Assembly: GCA_043228905.1 (NCBI GenBank)
Contig: JBHGNT010000008.1
Span: 3,596,001-3,660,000, forward strand
Direction of reading: 5' to 3'
DNA length: 64,000 bases
Origin: Azolla caroliniana
Taxonomy: Eukaryota > Plantae > Polypodiophyta
Under the pieces are notes generated by a model. The model was not told where the DNA came from, searched no databases, and worked only from the letters and a program-made list of their open reading frames with translations. The stretch's first letter is position 1, and each line of letters opens with the position of its first letter. A program made the translations under genes and the position numbers. Of the stretch, positions 36,350-49,054 are shown one piece after another.

Positions 36350-39300
36350 CAAGTGTGCCGAGTTGGAATGTGTCGTTAAACTCGTCAATGATCCAGAAGG
36401 GGCATGTCCATCGGAATCGTAATTTACCCTGCATAGCACCGAGTCGTGTTTGGAAGACCAGCACCGGTTTGCCGATGCTAACTGCTTTCTCCGTATCCTT
36501 CCGGTGCCGATCGACGAAGGCTTTGCGTTGTCGTTGGCGTTGCTCCAGGTGAGCCATGCTGGCCACTCTTTGTTCGTCGAGTTCGAGGAGTTGTTCGAGC
36601 CGATATTGCTCTGATTGGGCCTCGGGTAGCCTTTCCTTAACCTGAACTCGGAGACTCGGAACTTGGAACTTGATTGATATGACTGCTTCCAAACCAAAGG
36701 CCATCCGAAAGGGTGTAGACTGAATGCTAGTTTTGAATGTGGTGCGATACGCCCATAATGCACTTTGGAGCTTGTCATCCCAATCGGTGCGGTTCTCATT
36801 GACGATCTTTTTCAGGACTGTTTGCAAAATTTTATTAGTCGACTCTGCCAATCCGTTTGCCTGTGGATAGCAGCAACTTGCATCTGGTTGATGTTGTCAA
36901 CAACACATCTCCTATGCTGATAATTCGGCATGTCCCTTCATTCCCCATCCGGACACAGCCATGGTCACCGGTTGTGTAGAATGAGAAGTATTTCCAATCC
37001 GGGGTAAGGTGGAACGACGCTCCGGAATTGACAACCCACATTGTCTCGTCGACGGCAAGGTTCAACTCACTCTCCTCGGTGATGAGCATTAGTTCTTCAC
37101 TTGCCGCGATCGTCGTCGTTCCCTTCCGGTCCGGACCTCGCCATCCGAACCATTTCAGTCCTGTGACTTCTTTGAATCGGTATTGTCGGTTCCCTTGTCT
37201 TTCCGGAAATGGCGACAATTCTTCTGGAAGTGTCCCGGCTTGCCGCAATAGAAGCAAGTGGGCCTCCCCCTTGACTTTGACCGTGTCCCCGACTTCTCCC
37301 GGTTCTGGGGACTCTAATTCCTTTGTCTTCCGCGTTCCGATTCGGTAAGGAGGGCTTTGGTGTTGGAGATCACCTCCTTGTCTTTCCGACGCGCCTCCTC
37401 ATCTAGCAAGCTCAACTTGACCCTTGCTAGGGATAACTGTTTTCCTTCCAGCCCGGCGTTGCCCAACGTGACAACTAACGTCTCCCAGCTATCCGGGAAA
37501 AAACCGAGCAGGAGTAGAGGAAGTACCTCATCAGCGAGAGGTACTTCCAACGAGGTTGCTTGGTGTATCAGCCCCTGGAAGGCATTCATGTGCTCTACCA
37601 TGTTGGAGCCGTCTTGGTATCGGAGTCTCACTAGCTTCCGAAATACCAAAACCTGATTAACGGCATTCTTGTTCTGGAACATGATGCCGATCTTCTCCCA
37701 GAGTTCATGAGCCTTGCTCTCTTCATTGAAGTTGTTGTACAGACTCATGTTGATGAAACACCGGATGTATGCAGTCGTCTTCATGTGCATCACCTCCCAC
37801 ACCGTGGCGTTGATCTTATCCAGTCTCTTGTCCCCAAACTGAACCGGAAACCAAAGATCTTTAACCACCAACATGTCCCTCATCTTCGACTTCCACATTG
37901 AGTAGTTGGTGCCGGTGAGCTTGAACATGCCGCCGAACGATTCTTCCATTTTCTGTGTTGTTCGCTCTGATACCAGATTAACGCGAAATATGCGTGTGCG
38001 GAATATATCTTGGCCACAACAGAGAATTCAATTAGTTCATGAGAATCACAACCACAGAAGAAATGGGCAATGAAGGTAAATGCACGTACACGTAAACAAT
38101 ATGAGAGAGAGTACACAGTATGTTTACGTGGAAAACCCTAAATGGGGAAAACCACAGGAGTCCACAAACTCCAACTATCACTATGTAAGGAGAATACAAT
38201 AGAGAAACACAGAGGCAACGACCTCTTGCTCTCAATCTTTGCCCGCCTTGGTCACTAATGAGCTCGATTGGGCATCCATATCGGCACCATAGATGTTTGT
38301 ATACGAATTTTTCCATGGATGCAGCGGTATTGTCCCACAGTGCCTTAGCCTCGACCCATTTTGTGCAATAGTTCGTGGCCACGATGATGTATTTGTTACC
38401 GGTGCGGGCCGCGGCTGATTTAAAAGGTCCTACAAAATCTAACCCCCACTTTTGAAAGGGCTCTAACGGAAGAATGGGTTGGTGCGGCATCCGGGCTTGC
38501 TCGGTCGGTTGTCCCAGGCGTTGACATAGATCGCACTGTCAACAAAATTCATGAGCATCTTTTTTTGTTGTGGGCCACCACAAGCCACTCTGCCATATTT
38601 TCTTTGTCGTGGCCTCTCCAGCGTAATGTCCCCCCGCGATTCCGTGATGTGCCTCCTGGAGGGTTGCCGTTTTCTCAAATTGACGGATTGCACGGCGTTA
38701 GATGCCATCCGAGCCTTTGTGGTAAAAAGTGTTGGAGACGAGACAGAAATTTTGGCTCCTGACAACTAGTCGTTTCCGAGCGTTGAGGGTCAAGTGGTCA
38801 GGAGGAACGCTTGTGCTGAGAAAATGGGTCATCTCTGCGATCCATTCGTCCTCATTTACGTTTGGCACCGTTGCGAGACTGAAAAGGGCGGTGTCGGGTA
38901 AATCATCGTACGTGGACGCGGCTGGTTCGCCTGACTCGAGGTGGCTCAGGTAGTCAGCTACGGCGTGTTGGACGTCGGGCCGGTGCTGGATCTGAAAATC
39001 AAACTCCTGTAGTAGGAGCATCCATCGGGCCAGGCGACCTATGAGGGCCTGCTTATTAACCAAGTAGAGGAGGGCCAAGTGGTCGACGTGGAATGTGAAG
39101 TTCCGGCCTAAGCAATAATGCCGGAATTTGTTGATGCTATAGACCATACCGAGGGCCTCACATTCAGTGGTTGAGTAGTTCTTTTCTGCGGCCGAGAGTC
39201 GTCGGCTAGCATAATACACTGGCCGGTACCAATTTGGCGGTGTGCGCTGCCTGAGCGCGCTGTCAATAGCTATATCTGATGCGTCTACGAAGACGTGAAA

Positions 39301-42300
39301 AGGTTCCGACCAGGCCGGTGGCTGTACGACAGGGGCATGGGAGAGCATTAACTTCAAGGCTTGGTACGCCTCGTCTTCTATTGAAGACCACTAAAATGGG
39401 ATTCTATGCACCGCCGCATGCAAAGGGGTCGCGAAATCGGCTAGGTGTCGCAACATCCGGCTATGCCATCTAATTTGGCCCAAGAATTTGCTGAGAGCCT
39501 TCGCGATAGAGGGCGCGGGGGCATTCAGAATGGCCTGCACTTTATCCGAGTCCATCGCGATACCTTCCTGGCTGACTATGTGCCCGAGCAGGTTGCCGCT
39601 TGTCACCAAGAACGCGCATTTTGCCGGATTTAAGCTGAAGCGAGCGTGTCGACATCGTTCGAGACAGAGCTGTAGCTGGGTCATATGCTCTCGCCGTTGG
39701 CCATACACGACAAAGTCGTCGAGGAACACTTGCATGAACGCCGGAATATACTCATTGAAAATCTTTGAGATGATGCGCTGGAACGTGGCCGGTGCCGTTT
39801 TTAATCCGAACATCATTACCTCGGCCACGAAGACACCCCAGTCCGTGACAAACGTCGTTTTCTCCTGATTGTCCGGGTGCATTTGGATTTGATTATAGCC
39901 ACCGAACCCATTGAGGAAATTGTAGCATTCATGACCAGCCACTGTGTCGAGGACACTATCCGTGAACGGAAGAGGAAACCCATCCGTGACTGTCGTAGCA
40001 TTGAGTTTGCGGTAATCAATGCAAACATAGATTTTCCCGTTTTTCTTGGGGACCACGACGATTGGGGTTAACCATGTGGCTCTTTTTACTGGGCATATAA
40101 AGCCTACTCGAAGGAGTTTGTCGATTTCCTCTTTGACCTTAGCCGCGTAGTTTGACCATTGTTGTTGGATCGGCCGAGTGTCCAGTAGGAGGTGTACTTG
40201 GTGTTGGTAACATTGGGGGTCCAATCCCTTCATATCAATGTAAGACCAGGCAAATACATCCTGATATTCCGTGAGCAAGCGTATCAGGGCTGACCGTTCG
40301 TCGGCTGGTAAGTTATTAGCGATTTGAAGTGTCTGCAGGTTCTCATCTAAGCCGAGGTTTAGTGACTCGAGCGTTGATGCTTTTACCCGCTGGGAGATGG
40401 CGAGTTCTTGTTTAAAAGAGTCCCGAGCTTGTCGTAGTTCCGCGATAGTTGTGGAATCGGCTTCGTCCTGGGGAAGAGAATCTGTCGTGCCATCCTCATC
40501 CAGTGGTGTGCCGAAACCCGAAATGGCGTTTATTTCGAAGAGGGGTATGATAGTGGGGTGATCTTCCAGGAAGTCATCGACCTCTTCGTCGGCTAAGCCG
40601 TCGAGCATGTGTACCCCTTCCGCATATACGGGCGTAGTGTTGTGGGGCGTGGTTAGGCATTCTTCTGTTATTACCCGTACCTTGGACTTCCCCCAGCGGA
40701 AGGAGATCATATTTCGTTGCCAATGTTGTTTAATATTTGTTGTGTTCAGCCAGGGTTGGCCAAGCAGCATTGGGTAAGCGCCCAGAGCTTCGAGGTGTAA
40801 CACGACTACCGAGATAGTGAACATGTGGCCGCCTAACGTGAAATCAAGGTGGCGGATTAACCCGATGGGGTGATCCGATCGCGTATCAGCCATCCGCAGC
40901 CAAAAGGGGCAAGGCTCCCATTGGTTTATGCCGAGGGTGTGACATGTGGCCTCGTTGATGACATTCACCCCGGAGCCACCGTCGATTATGCACCCATGAA
41001 GGTCGCATCCTTTAATCATGATTTTCACGGCTGGATTCTGGGAATCCATGAGGGGTGGGCTTGTCCCTGGCTCCTTCAAGTTAACAGGGGGTGCGACCGA
41101 TATGTCGTTAGCTGTGAGCTTAGCCAAGGTATCCCGAAAGCGCGGCATGAGCGGTAACAGCTTATGCAATGGCAGCAAGATCCTAGCGCTTGTAAGGGCT
41201 CCCCATAGATGGTCATCTTCTGTCGTGGCGGATGGTCCTGCGGCCGGTGGTGCGTCGATGGTCACGTCATGCATCTCTATGCACATCCCTGCCACGTTGC
41301 TTTTATTGGCGGTCTCAATCCATTCCTTGGCTGCTTGTCAGACGTCATCTTGTTCTTGCCATTGGCTGGCGTGGGTCTTGCTACGTGTAGTGACATGTTG
41401 GACGTCGGCCATAATAGTATTCACAGTCGGGGCCTTGCCGCGGTCCGTGGTTGGGCATTGGTTAGCATAGTGGCCGGGTTGGTTACACTTAAAGCAGATA
41501 ACGAATGCCGAGTTGTTGGTGTCACCGTGCTCAATGTGTGGGAAGGATTGTGATTGGTTCCCGACTGCTTGGGTAGGCGTGTTGGCTCGTGGCGCGGTGT
41601 GCGAGGAATTTGGAGGGGGGTCTCGACGACGATTTTCATTCTGACATCAATTGTTCCTCGGACCTCTATAAGAGTTTCATCGATCGTGTCGTGAATACCG
41701 CTAATCGTACCGGTCCTCCCGGTCGTCATCATACCGATCGTACTCATCGTTCGCTCTATATTTGTCGTCGTGGTATTGGTCATGGTCGTCTGATCTCCTG
41801 CGATTGTCGTGGCGGTACCGATCGTCGGGGCGACGGTAGTCGTCGTCACGGCGCTAGCGATCCGAGGATCGTGGTCGCTCGTTTGCCTGATGTCGGTATG
41901 ACTGACATTCATCCTACTGGGAGTATGTATTGCGCAGCTCGATCTGGTGAACCGGAGCCATCATTGTGCGGTTGAGCATGTTGTACTCACATTGTTCGAT
42001 CATGTGAGCTCGAGACTGACATATTGGGCAGTGTGGCCAGTGAGGGCACTCAAGAGCCAGATGGCCTGAGCCTGAGCAGGCCGTGCATTGGAGGGCTTGT
42101 TGGAAACGATTGTCCTCCTGAGGAAGGGAGCTTTGCAAAGAGCCCATGGACAAAACCTTGTTATATTGTATCCGATCGATGGTGAGGACACGTGCGATGA
42201 CTTGCTCGATAGTCTGGTTGGAGAAATTTGTAAGTGCGAGAGTCGTCCGTAGAGGCTCCCGTAGGCTGGACAAGAAGGTATCCAGAATGTGATGAGCAGA

Positions 42301-42643
42301 GACATCGTCGGCCAGTTTTCGGTAGAGATCCTAAAACCGGATCGTGAATTGGGTGACCGTCTCGTGAGGTTCTTGGCTCATGGAAAAGAATTGCCGAAGT
42401 AATTCTAGGAACTTTTTCTGGACGTCCTGGAACGTTGTGACCTCCCCCATGACGAGGCGGGAGTATCATCGAGCAGTCAGACCATCGAGGGATAAAGCAA
42501 ATTCCGCGATTTGGGAGGCCTCGATTTCGGCAAGCGATAACTGCTGCGTCGAGTGGTTGACTTGCCATGTGGACACGAACGCCAGGGTGGGTGTGTGATT
42601 CCGTGTCGGGGCCGTCGGTATATCGTGGGTAAGGGTAAGGCAT
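36350..42643 (-). pseudogene. Gypsy gag-pol (gag with zinc knuckles, PR, RT, RNaseH, IN)
   Basis: CFKCNQPGHYANQC; IIDGGSGVN protease; CIDYRKLN, MMFGLKTAPATFQ and FLDDF RT; VDASD and ARWMLLLQEFDF RH; WGLDFVGPF, LISDQG and ANGLAESTNK IN. Confidence 0.93.
36871..38240 (-). mobile_element. Copia fragment (partial LTR, PBS, gag, PR) embedded in the Gypsy integrase
   Basis: PBS TGGTATCAGAGC at 37975-37964; gag ORF 37314-37949; WVVNSGASFH; both ends truncated. Confidence 0.85.
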
Positions 42644-42948
42644 GGTATCGAGATCCGGGTCCTCAGGTAAAGCCGGAAAAGGGTAAGGGTCATGTTGGGT
42701 GACCTCTGGAGGGCTCAGCGGGGAGGTTGGTGCGGAATCAACTCGCGACTGGGTATCGGATGGCGAGGATTGCAACCGGTGAGCCTCTGATAGGTCATGG
42801 AACGATTGGTCAGTGACCGCCGAGTCGGAAGTTCCTTCGACTGGCTCAGGGCATCGGGTAGGTGGCCGAGACCGCGTGATGCGATTGGGCGCTGTAATGG
42901 CGGCTGGGGTTTGCTTCCAACGTAGTTCGCTGTGATCTTACACCTGTA

Positions 42949-42961
42949 ACCGAGCGTGCCA
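42949..42961 (-). promoter_or_regulatory. Primer-binding site, tRNA-Arg(UCU)-type
   Basis: TGGCACGCTCGGT lies 5 nt inside the 5' LTR; the plant tRNA-Arg(UCU) end ...CCCAC(C/T)GGGCGTGCCA gives TGGCACGCCC(A/G)GTGGG. Confidence 0.75.
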
Positions 42962-43647
42962 AATTGTGTTAACCGTTTCTGGGGAAACACCTTTGATGAG
43001 CCCATAGGCTATCAGTGTCAAGAGATCTTGTTACATGGAAGCCTCTTCTACACGGGGAAAAAGAAAGGAGAACGAGGAGCGTACACGGGTTACAACCCGT
43101 TAGGCATAACGTAGCTCGATTTACAAGTACGGGGAGAATACACAGATAGAAGTTTAGAAAAAACGAAACTTATATTAAATGATAAAGCTCATAGTAATTC
43201 CAGTACTCGGCTCTCAGCTGGAAACAGTTCGTACAGAGCTTGCTGCTAGGATATTTCTCTCCCTAAGAATGATCTAGATAAAATCTCCCCTTGAGGTATG
43301 CATAACTCGGGTTATATAGTTTCCCTCTTGAGATAGAGTCGAGCCATCGGCTGATTGTGAGGGCTAAAACACGGCTATTTCTAGTCTTACCTATTTCCTC
43401 ACCTACTCTTCTACCTAACAACGAGTTTACATAATATATTTATATTTCTGGCCTATGAACAGCAGCGCTTCTCTGGCTTTGTTCGGCTATTGTCCCGGTT
43501 GTCTCTGTCCATCGCCACTTTGTCCTATCTGGTCATCTTCGTCTCCATTTGTCGTTTGTCTGATCCGGCCATTGTGTTCATTTGTTTGGCTCGTTCAACT
43601 TGATCCGAAACTTAATAGCACTTAAACATTTATGTAAACAAAAAATA

Positions 43648-46600
43648 TGTTGTGCAAGATATAAAAGAAAGCACGAGAGATACACAAGAAATCAATACAC
43701 AATACACCACAAATTTTAACGTGGAAAACCCTCAAAGACGTAAAAATCACAAGGCCTAGTCTGGAACTAATTCACTATCAATATAAATCCAATACACCAA
43801 AATTCTACTCTATACAAGTTAGAGTACTATGAGAAATCGAGGAATATGATGTTTCCTCAAAAAACTAAACTCAACAAAAAGACACAAAAACCACCAAAAC
43901 TCACAACACGTGGCTGATGACAAAGGCGGCGATGTCCAGATGTCTTAGTGTGTTGGTGTACTTGAGCAAGCTTGAAGGAATCAGCCAAGAAAGAGAGTAT
44001 GAGCTCTCTGAAATCTGTTTTTCTCTGTTGCTATAGAGAAATGCTCGTTTTCCTCTTTTTAACTCTACCAAAAGAATGAGTTACATAGTGTAGATATGTA
44101 ACGTCTTCTTGTGTGAACCCCTTTCACACTATATTTTAAAAAATACAAGTTTTGGACATTTAAGGCCCATTTCATTTACATACTAATGTGGACAGAAAAA
44201 CCTAACAATCACCCCCTCTGGCCACATAGGAGAAGATTCCATTGAACCACTTAGTTTCTGTTCATTCCAACAAGCTTGACACATAGCTCAAACTTTTCTT
44301 TAGAGACTACCTTCGTCAACATGTCAACAACATTTTCATCTGTGTGAATTTTCTTGAGTTGTAGAAGTTGATCTTCAATTGCCGAGCGCGGCCAATGATA
44401 CCTTACATCGATATGTTTCGTACGAGAATGGTACATAGAGTTCTTGCTTAGATCCATTGCACTTTGGCTGTCACAAAATATCACATAAGTTAGTTGACTT
44501 AAACCCAAATCTGAAACAAACCTTTTCAACCATAACATCTCTTTGGCAGCTTCAGTGGTTGCAATATATTCCGCTTCTGTTGTAGACAAAGCAATACATT
44601 TTTGCAATTTAGATTGCCATGATACGGCTCCCCCTGCAAATGTAAATAAGTAAGCCGAAGTAGATTTTCTCCCATTGAGATCCCTTGCCATATCTGAATC
44701 TGAAAAACCTTCAAGAGTTTGTTTATAATCTCCAAAACATAAACATAATTTTGATGTACCTCTTAAATAATGAAAGATCCATTTTACAGCATCCCAATGA
44801 GGCTTACTCGGATTGGAGAGATATCTACTTACAACACTAACGGCATGGGCAATATCTGGCCTTGTGCTAACCATAGCATACATCAAAGAACCAATTGCTG
44901 AAGAGTAAGGAATTGAAGACATCTCTTCTTTCTCTTGCTCGGTATGTGGACAATCTTTTCTACATAATTTAAAATGACTAGCAAGGGGGGTACTTACTGG
45001 TTTTGCATTATGCATATTAAACCTCTCTAATACTCGTTCCCCCCTCGCAATCATCCTTATCTTTATGGTTTAAAACGTCATAATAACTTTCAAGTTCCCC
45101 CTCGTTAGAGATTAAGACATAATCTGAACTAGGATACCGTACAAATGGTTTTCGTTCTCTAGTAGACCTTCTAGGTTGTTCATTGACCACCTCTTGTAAG
45201 GAAGTTTGCTCCCCCCCCCCCCTCAAAACCTGTTTGTGGTAAAATATCATCATGATTAGCTTCAACCCTATTATTTATAAAACCTAGTTTATCAACATCC
45301 TCATGGTTTTCATCTTGCTGGGAAGCATCTCCATATGTAGCATCTTCGGTCATAGGAATCGGGTCAAAATCATTAAGTCCACCATCTACTTGAGTGTTGG
45401 ATCCTTTGACCTTTTCAATATCTTTGATAGTTTGATCCTCAACAAATACCATATCACGACTTCGAATAAGCTTTCTTTCTATTGGGTCATAACATCTGTA
45501 ACCAAACTCATTTTGGCCATAACCAATAAAAATACATTCTTTAGATTTACCATCTAACTTAGACCGTTCATCTTTAGGTATATGTACAAAACATTTACAC
45601 CCAAACACACGTAAATGATCATATGAAACATTCTTACCATACCAAACTCTATTAGGAATGTTGCCCTACAATGCAACAGTAGGAGATAGGTTAATAACAT
45701 ATGCAACGGTACTCAAAGCCTCGCCCCAAAAGGATTTGGATAACTTTGCATCCGAGAGCAAGCATCGAACTTTTTCAACTAGAGTTCTATTCATCCTTTC
45801 CGCCAAGCCATTTAGTTGTGGGGTTTTTGGTGGTGTCTTTTGATGCTTAATCCCATGCTCTCGACAGTATGCATTGAAAGATCCAAGGTATTCCCCACCA
45901 TTGTCAGTGCGAATGCATTTTAGCTTTTTCCCTATCTCTCTTTCTACAGAAGCATGAAATTATTTGAACACATTAAATACTCAGTCCTTAGTTTTCAATG
46001 TTCGAATCCAAAGTTTCCTAGAATAGTCATCAATAAAAGTAACGAAATAGAGTGCACCACCTATTGATTTTACCTTTAAAGGACCACAAACATCTGAATG
46101 TACCAACTCAAGTACCTCTTCCTTTCTTGAAGAAGAATGTTGTTTGAACGCAACTCTTCTTTACTTTCCTACCACACAGTGATTGCACATGTCTAACTTA
46201 GCATCTTCTAGACCTGGAAGCAAGCTTTTCTTTCCTAGGCAATCAAGCCCCTTCTCACTAATATGAGACAACCTTTTATGCCATAGTTCTGACATATTGT
46301 GCTTTCAGCTGCATTCACAAGATTAGTAGAGATAAATGCATGTAATAAATACAAACTAGAGCATTTCTTACCACGAGCTATAACCAATGAGCCCTTAGTA
46401 AGATTTCATTGAAGATGTTGCAATAGCCATCATCATCTAATCTACCGGTTGAGATAAGATGTAAACGAATGTCGGGTACATGTCTTACCTCCTTGAGAAT
46501 CAACTTTGAACTTGTGTTGGTTTCCAAACAAATAGTCCTAATGCCTACCACCTTTAAAAGACCATCATTGCCCATCTTCACAACTCTGAAATCCCTTGAA

Positions 46601-46986
46601 GCATAAGAAGTAAAAAACTCCCTTCTAGATGTGACAAGGAACAATGCTCCACTATCAACAACCCAATTAGTTTCATTGTGAGCAAGATTAATTACGTTTT
46701 CATCATAGACAACAAGTAAATCATCTGAGGAAGTTGTATTGACACGATTAGAATTATCATCGTTACCTTTGTTTTCATGCTTACCGTTAGATGTGTGGTT
46801 GTCCTTTTTCCACTTGTAACAATTCCTCTTTATGTGTCCTGTTTTACCACAAAAATGACATTCTAGATTTTTATACCTTGGTTTTGATTTACTTCTACTC
46901 CTCCCTCGGTTGTTTTGACCTTGGCTTGTATGCTTATTCCTCCCTCTCTCAACCATCAAGACCTCCGAATGTAAGGATGCCCCTTG
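43648..46986 (-). mobile_element. AT-rich Ty1/Copia element, 3' LTR to gag C-terminus, RT internally deleted
   Basis: LTR 43648-44207 and PPT GAGGGGGTGAT. RH ORF 44251-45054, IN 45180-46380, zinc knuckle CHFCGKTGH and PR WVVDSGA. 5' end absent. Confidence 0.9.
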
Positions 46987-47259
46987 TGTTGAGAAATTGT
47001 TTGGTCAAATCACAATAAACGAACTGTGCTGAAATATGAATCACATATATGCCAAGAAAAGGAAAAAAAAAAAAAACAGGACAACAATCGTACATAGAGA
47101 TTTAACGTGGAAACCCTAAAACGGGAGAAAACCACAGGAACAAATCTTCACTATGTATAGTGGATATACAACAACACAGAATGTTACAACACTCCTTCGA
47201 GTGTATCAGCCATGCAGGGCTCTTGGTGTCTGTTGTTACGCACACAGCTATGGCGCCAC

Positions 47260-48066
47260 TGTCGTGGAAATCCGCGCTTGCGTGTAAGATAAGGCTGGAC
47301 CACCGGGGTCTTGAACTAGGGAGTAAGAGGGGAAGTGGGAGCTTAACCCTTACGAGCTTTCAAGCACAAAAGAGGAAGAACAAGGCGCGAAGATTGACAA
47401 GAGAATGGGCTAGACCAAGCCAAGTTTCACCAAGCAAATTCCATTACCAAGACACACAATGATTTACAATCACAGCCATATACGCCGGCTCAAGCATAAC
47501 TAGACGAAACCCTAACCGAATAGTAAAGTAGGAGAAGAATGAAACCCTAATGGTCTACCCAAAACAACAAAATGGTGACCATCTCAAAGTGAAAGCCCTT
47601 TATAAAACAGGGTTTGATTACAATGGAGAGGGACAGAAATGGGAATTCATGACGACGATGACCACGAAACACGAGCACACCAAGCATAATCTCGAATACA
47701 ACGAGAGCACGAGCACACCACATGAACCGAGAACCATGTACCACGAGAGCCGACGACACCAACACCATAAACCTCGAACCACGCAAATGGCGAGCTCACG
47801 GACCCGTGACGACGAACGGGGGCACCAACACCATGGCCCAAGAGCCACCCGAATAGCGAGCACACAGGCTCGCAACGACAAACTGAGTGAAGCTACGCCG
47901 AACCAACGAGCCTCGGGCTCACGAGCACCAACACCATCACAAGGCCACGGACACACCTCAAGATGAGAATGTGAATGAGAGAGATCAAGAACCCATAAGA
48001 ACAAATGAGCAAGAAAAGAAGAAGTATTGAAACCCTAAACCCTAAACCCTAGCTAGAAGAAGACGA
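47260..48066 (-). mobile_element. Truncated Gypsy LTR related to the tRNA-Trp family
   Basis: Begins TGTCGTGG; its GCGTGTAAG...GGACCACCGGGGTCT segment resembles the 30037 LTR start; other terminus missing. Confidence 0.65.
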
Positions 48067-48391
48067 TGTATTATACCTGTTTTTTTATAAATATGTATTA
48101 TACCTGTCTCTCACACTCGCGCTACTTCTATTCTACTATCTCCATCTTCTCACGTTTTGGCCTAAGTGTATTTATACTTATACACTATATGAGCTATTTA
48201 CAAATGTAGCCTCTGCTACGTATCATTATTATTATTGCTATAATAATAATAGTCGAACTATCAAACAATCGACTCACTGTTTTCGACTCTTCGACTGTAG
48301 GCTTTCCGAACTATCGAATCTTCCCTGTCTTCGACTGTTGGCACTCCTTGGTCCGATTAGTCGGGTCCTTGTAGTCATCGACTGTCAGCAA

Positions 48392-49054
48392 CATGGTTGT
48401 TTACGTACCCGTATTTAACTTTTAAATACGTATAATACCTCATCATTTGTATAGTACGTACTATACCTCAATGTTGTTTAGTCAAATATCATGTACATTT
48501 GTCCAATACGGTATTTAACGTATTTATAAAAAAACAGGTATAATACATATTTATAAAGAAAATGTACGTAACACCCTAATGAAAAGCAAAAAAGAAAAGA
48601 GAAATCTATCATGACTGTGATAATCGTAGGCGATTCCTTAATCTATGAAGGCATAATTGTAAATAATTACAATTTAAAGTAGAACATCGTGATACACACT
48701 TGCATTGATTTATAGAATAAGGGAATGTCGACATCCATATTACTACAAGTATGTTAGGAATTGAAATATTCAAATGTCTTATATGCATTTTAGGATGTAG
48801 AACTATATTGTACATCACAAAATTGTGTAAACATAGATGTTTTTTACAATATTATAGATATTTTTTAGAAAGGTAAATAATTTTCAAATTCTAGAAGTAT
48901 TTAATGTACTATACGTAAAATACGTATTTTATGTATTTTATAAGTATTTAACATATTAAGAAAACGTATTTAACGTATTCTTAAATTGAGAGGTACTATA
49001 CGGGTATTAATATGTTAAATACGTATGGTATTCGTACCGTACCTAACAACCTTG
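48392..49054. mobile_element. hAT-family MITE, copy 2 (inverted, internally deleted)
   Basis: CATGGTTGTT...AACAACCTTG termini; TSD GTCAGCAA on the left, imperfect (G-GAC-TCAGCAA) on the right. Confidence 0.88.

Larger units (their letters stand above)
22895..43464 (-). mobile_element. Non-chromovirus (Athila-like) Ty3/Gypsy element with extra 3' ORF, containing nested insertions
   Basis: 498-bp LTRs at 22895-23392 and 42967-43464. Perfect TSD GCGCT. TATA box (CTATATAA) and gag-PR-RT-RH-IN all on the minus strand. Confidence 0.95.

Noticed and set aside
48031-48050. Telomere repeat AAACCCT x3
   Set aside because: Too short; a common telo-box-like motif inside an LTR.
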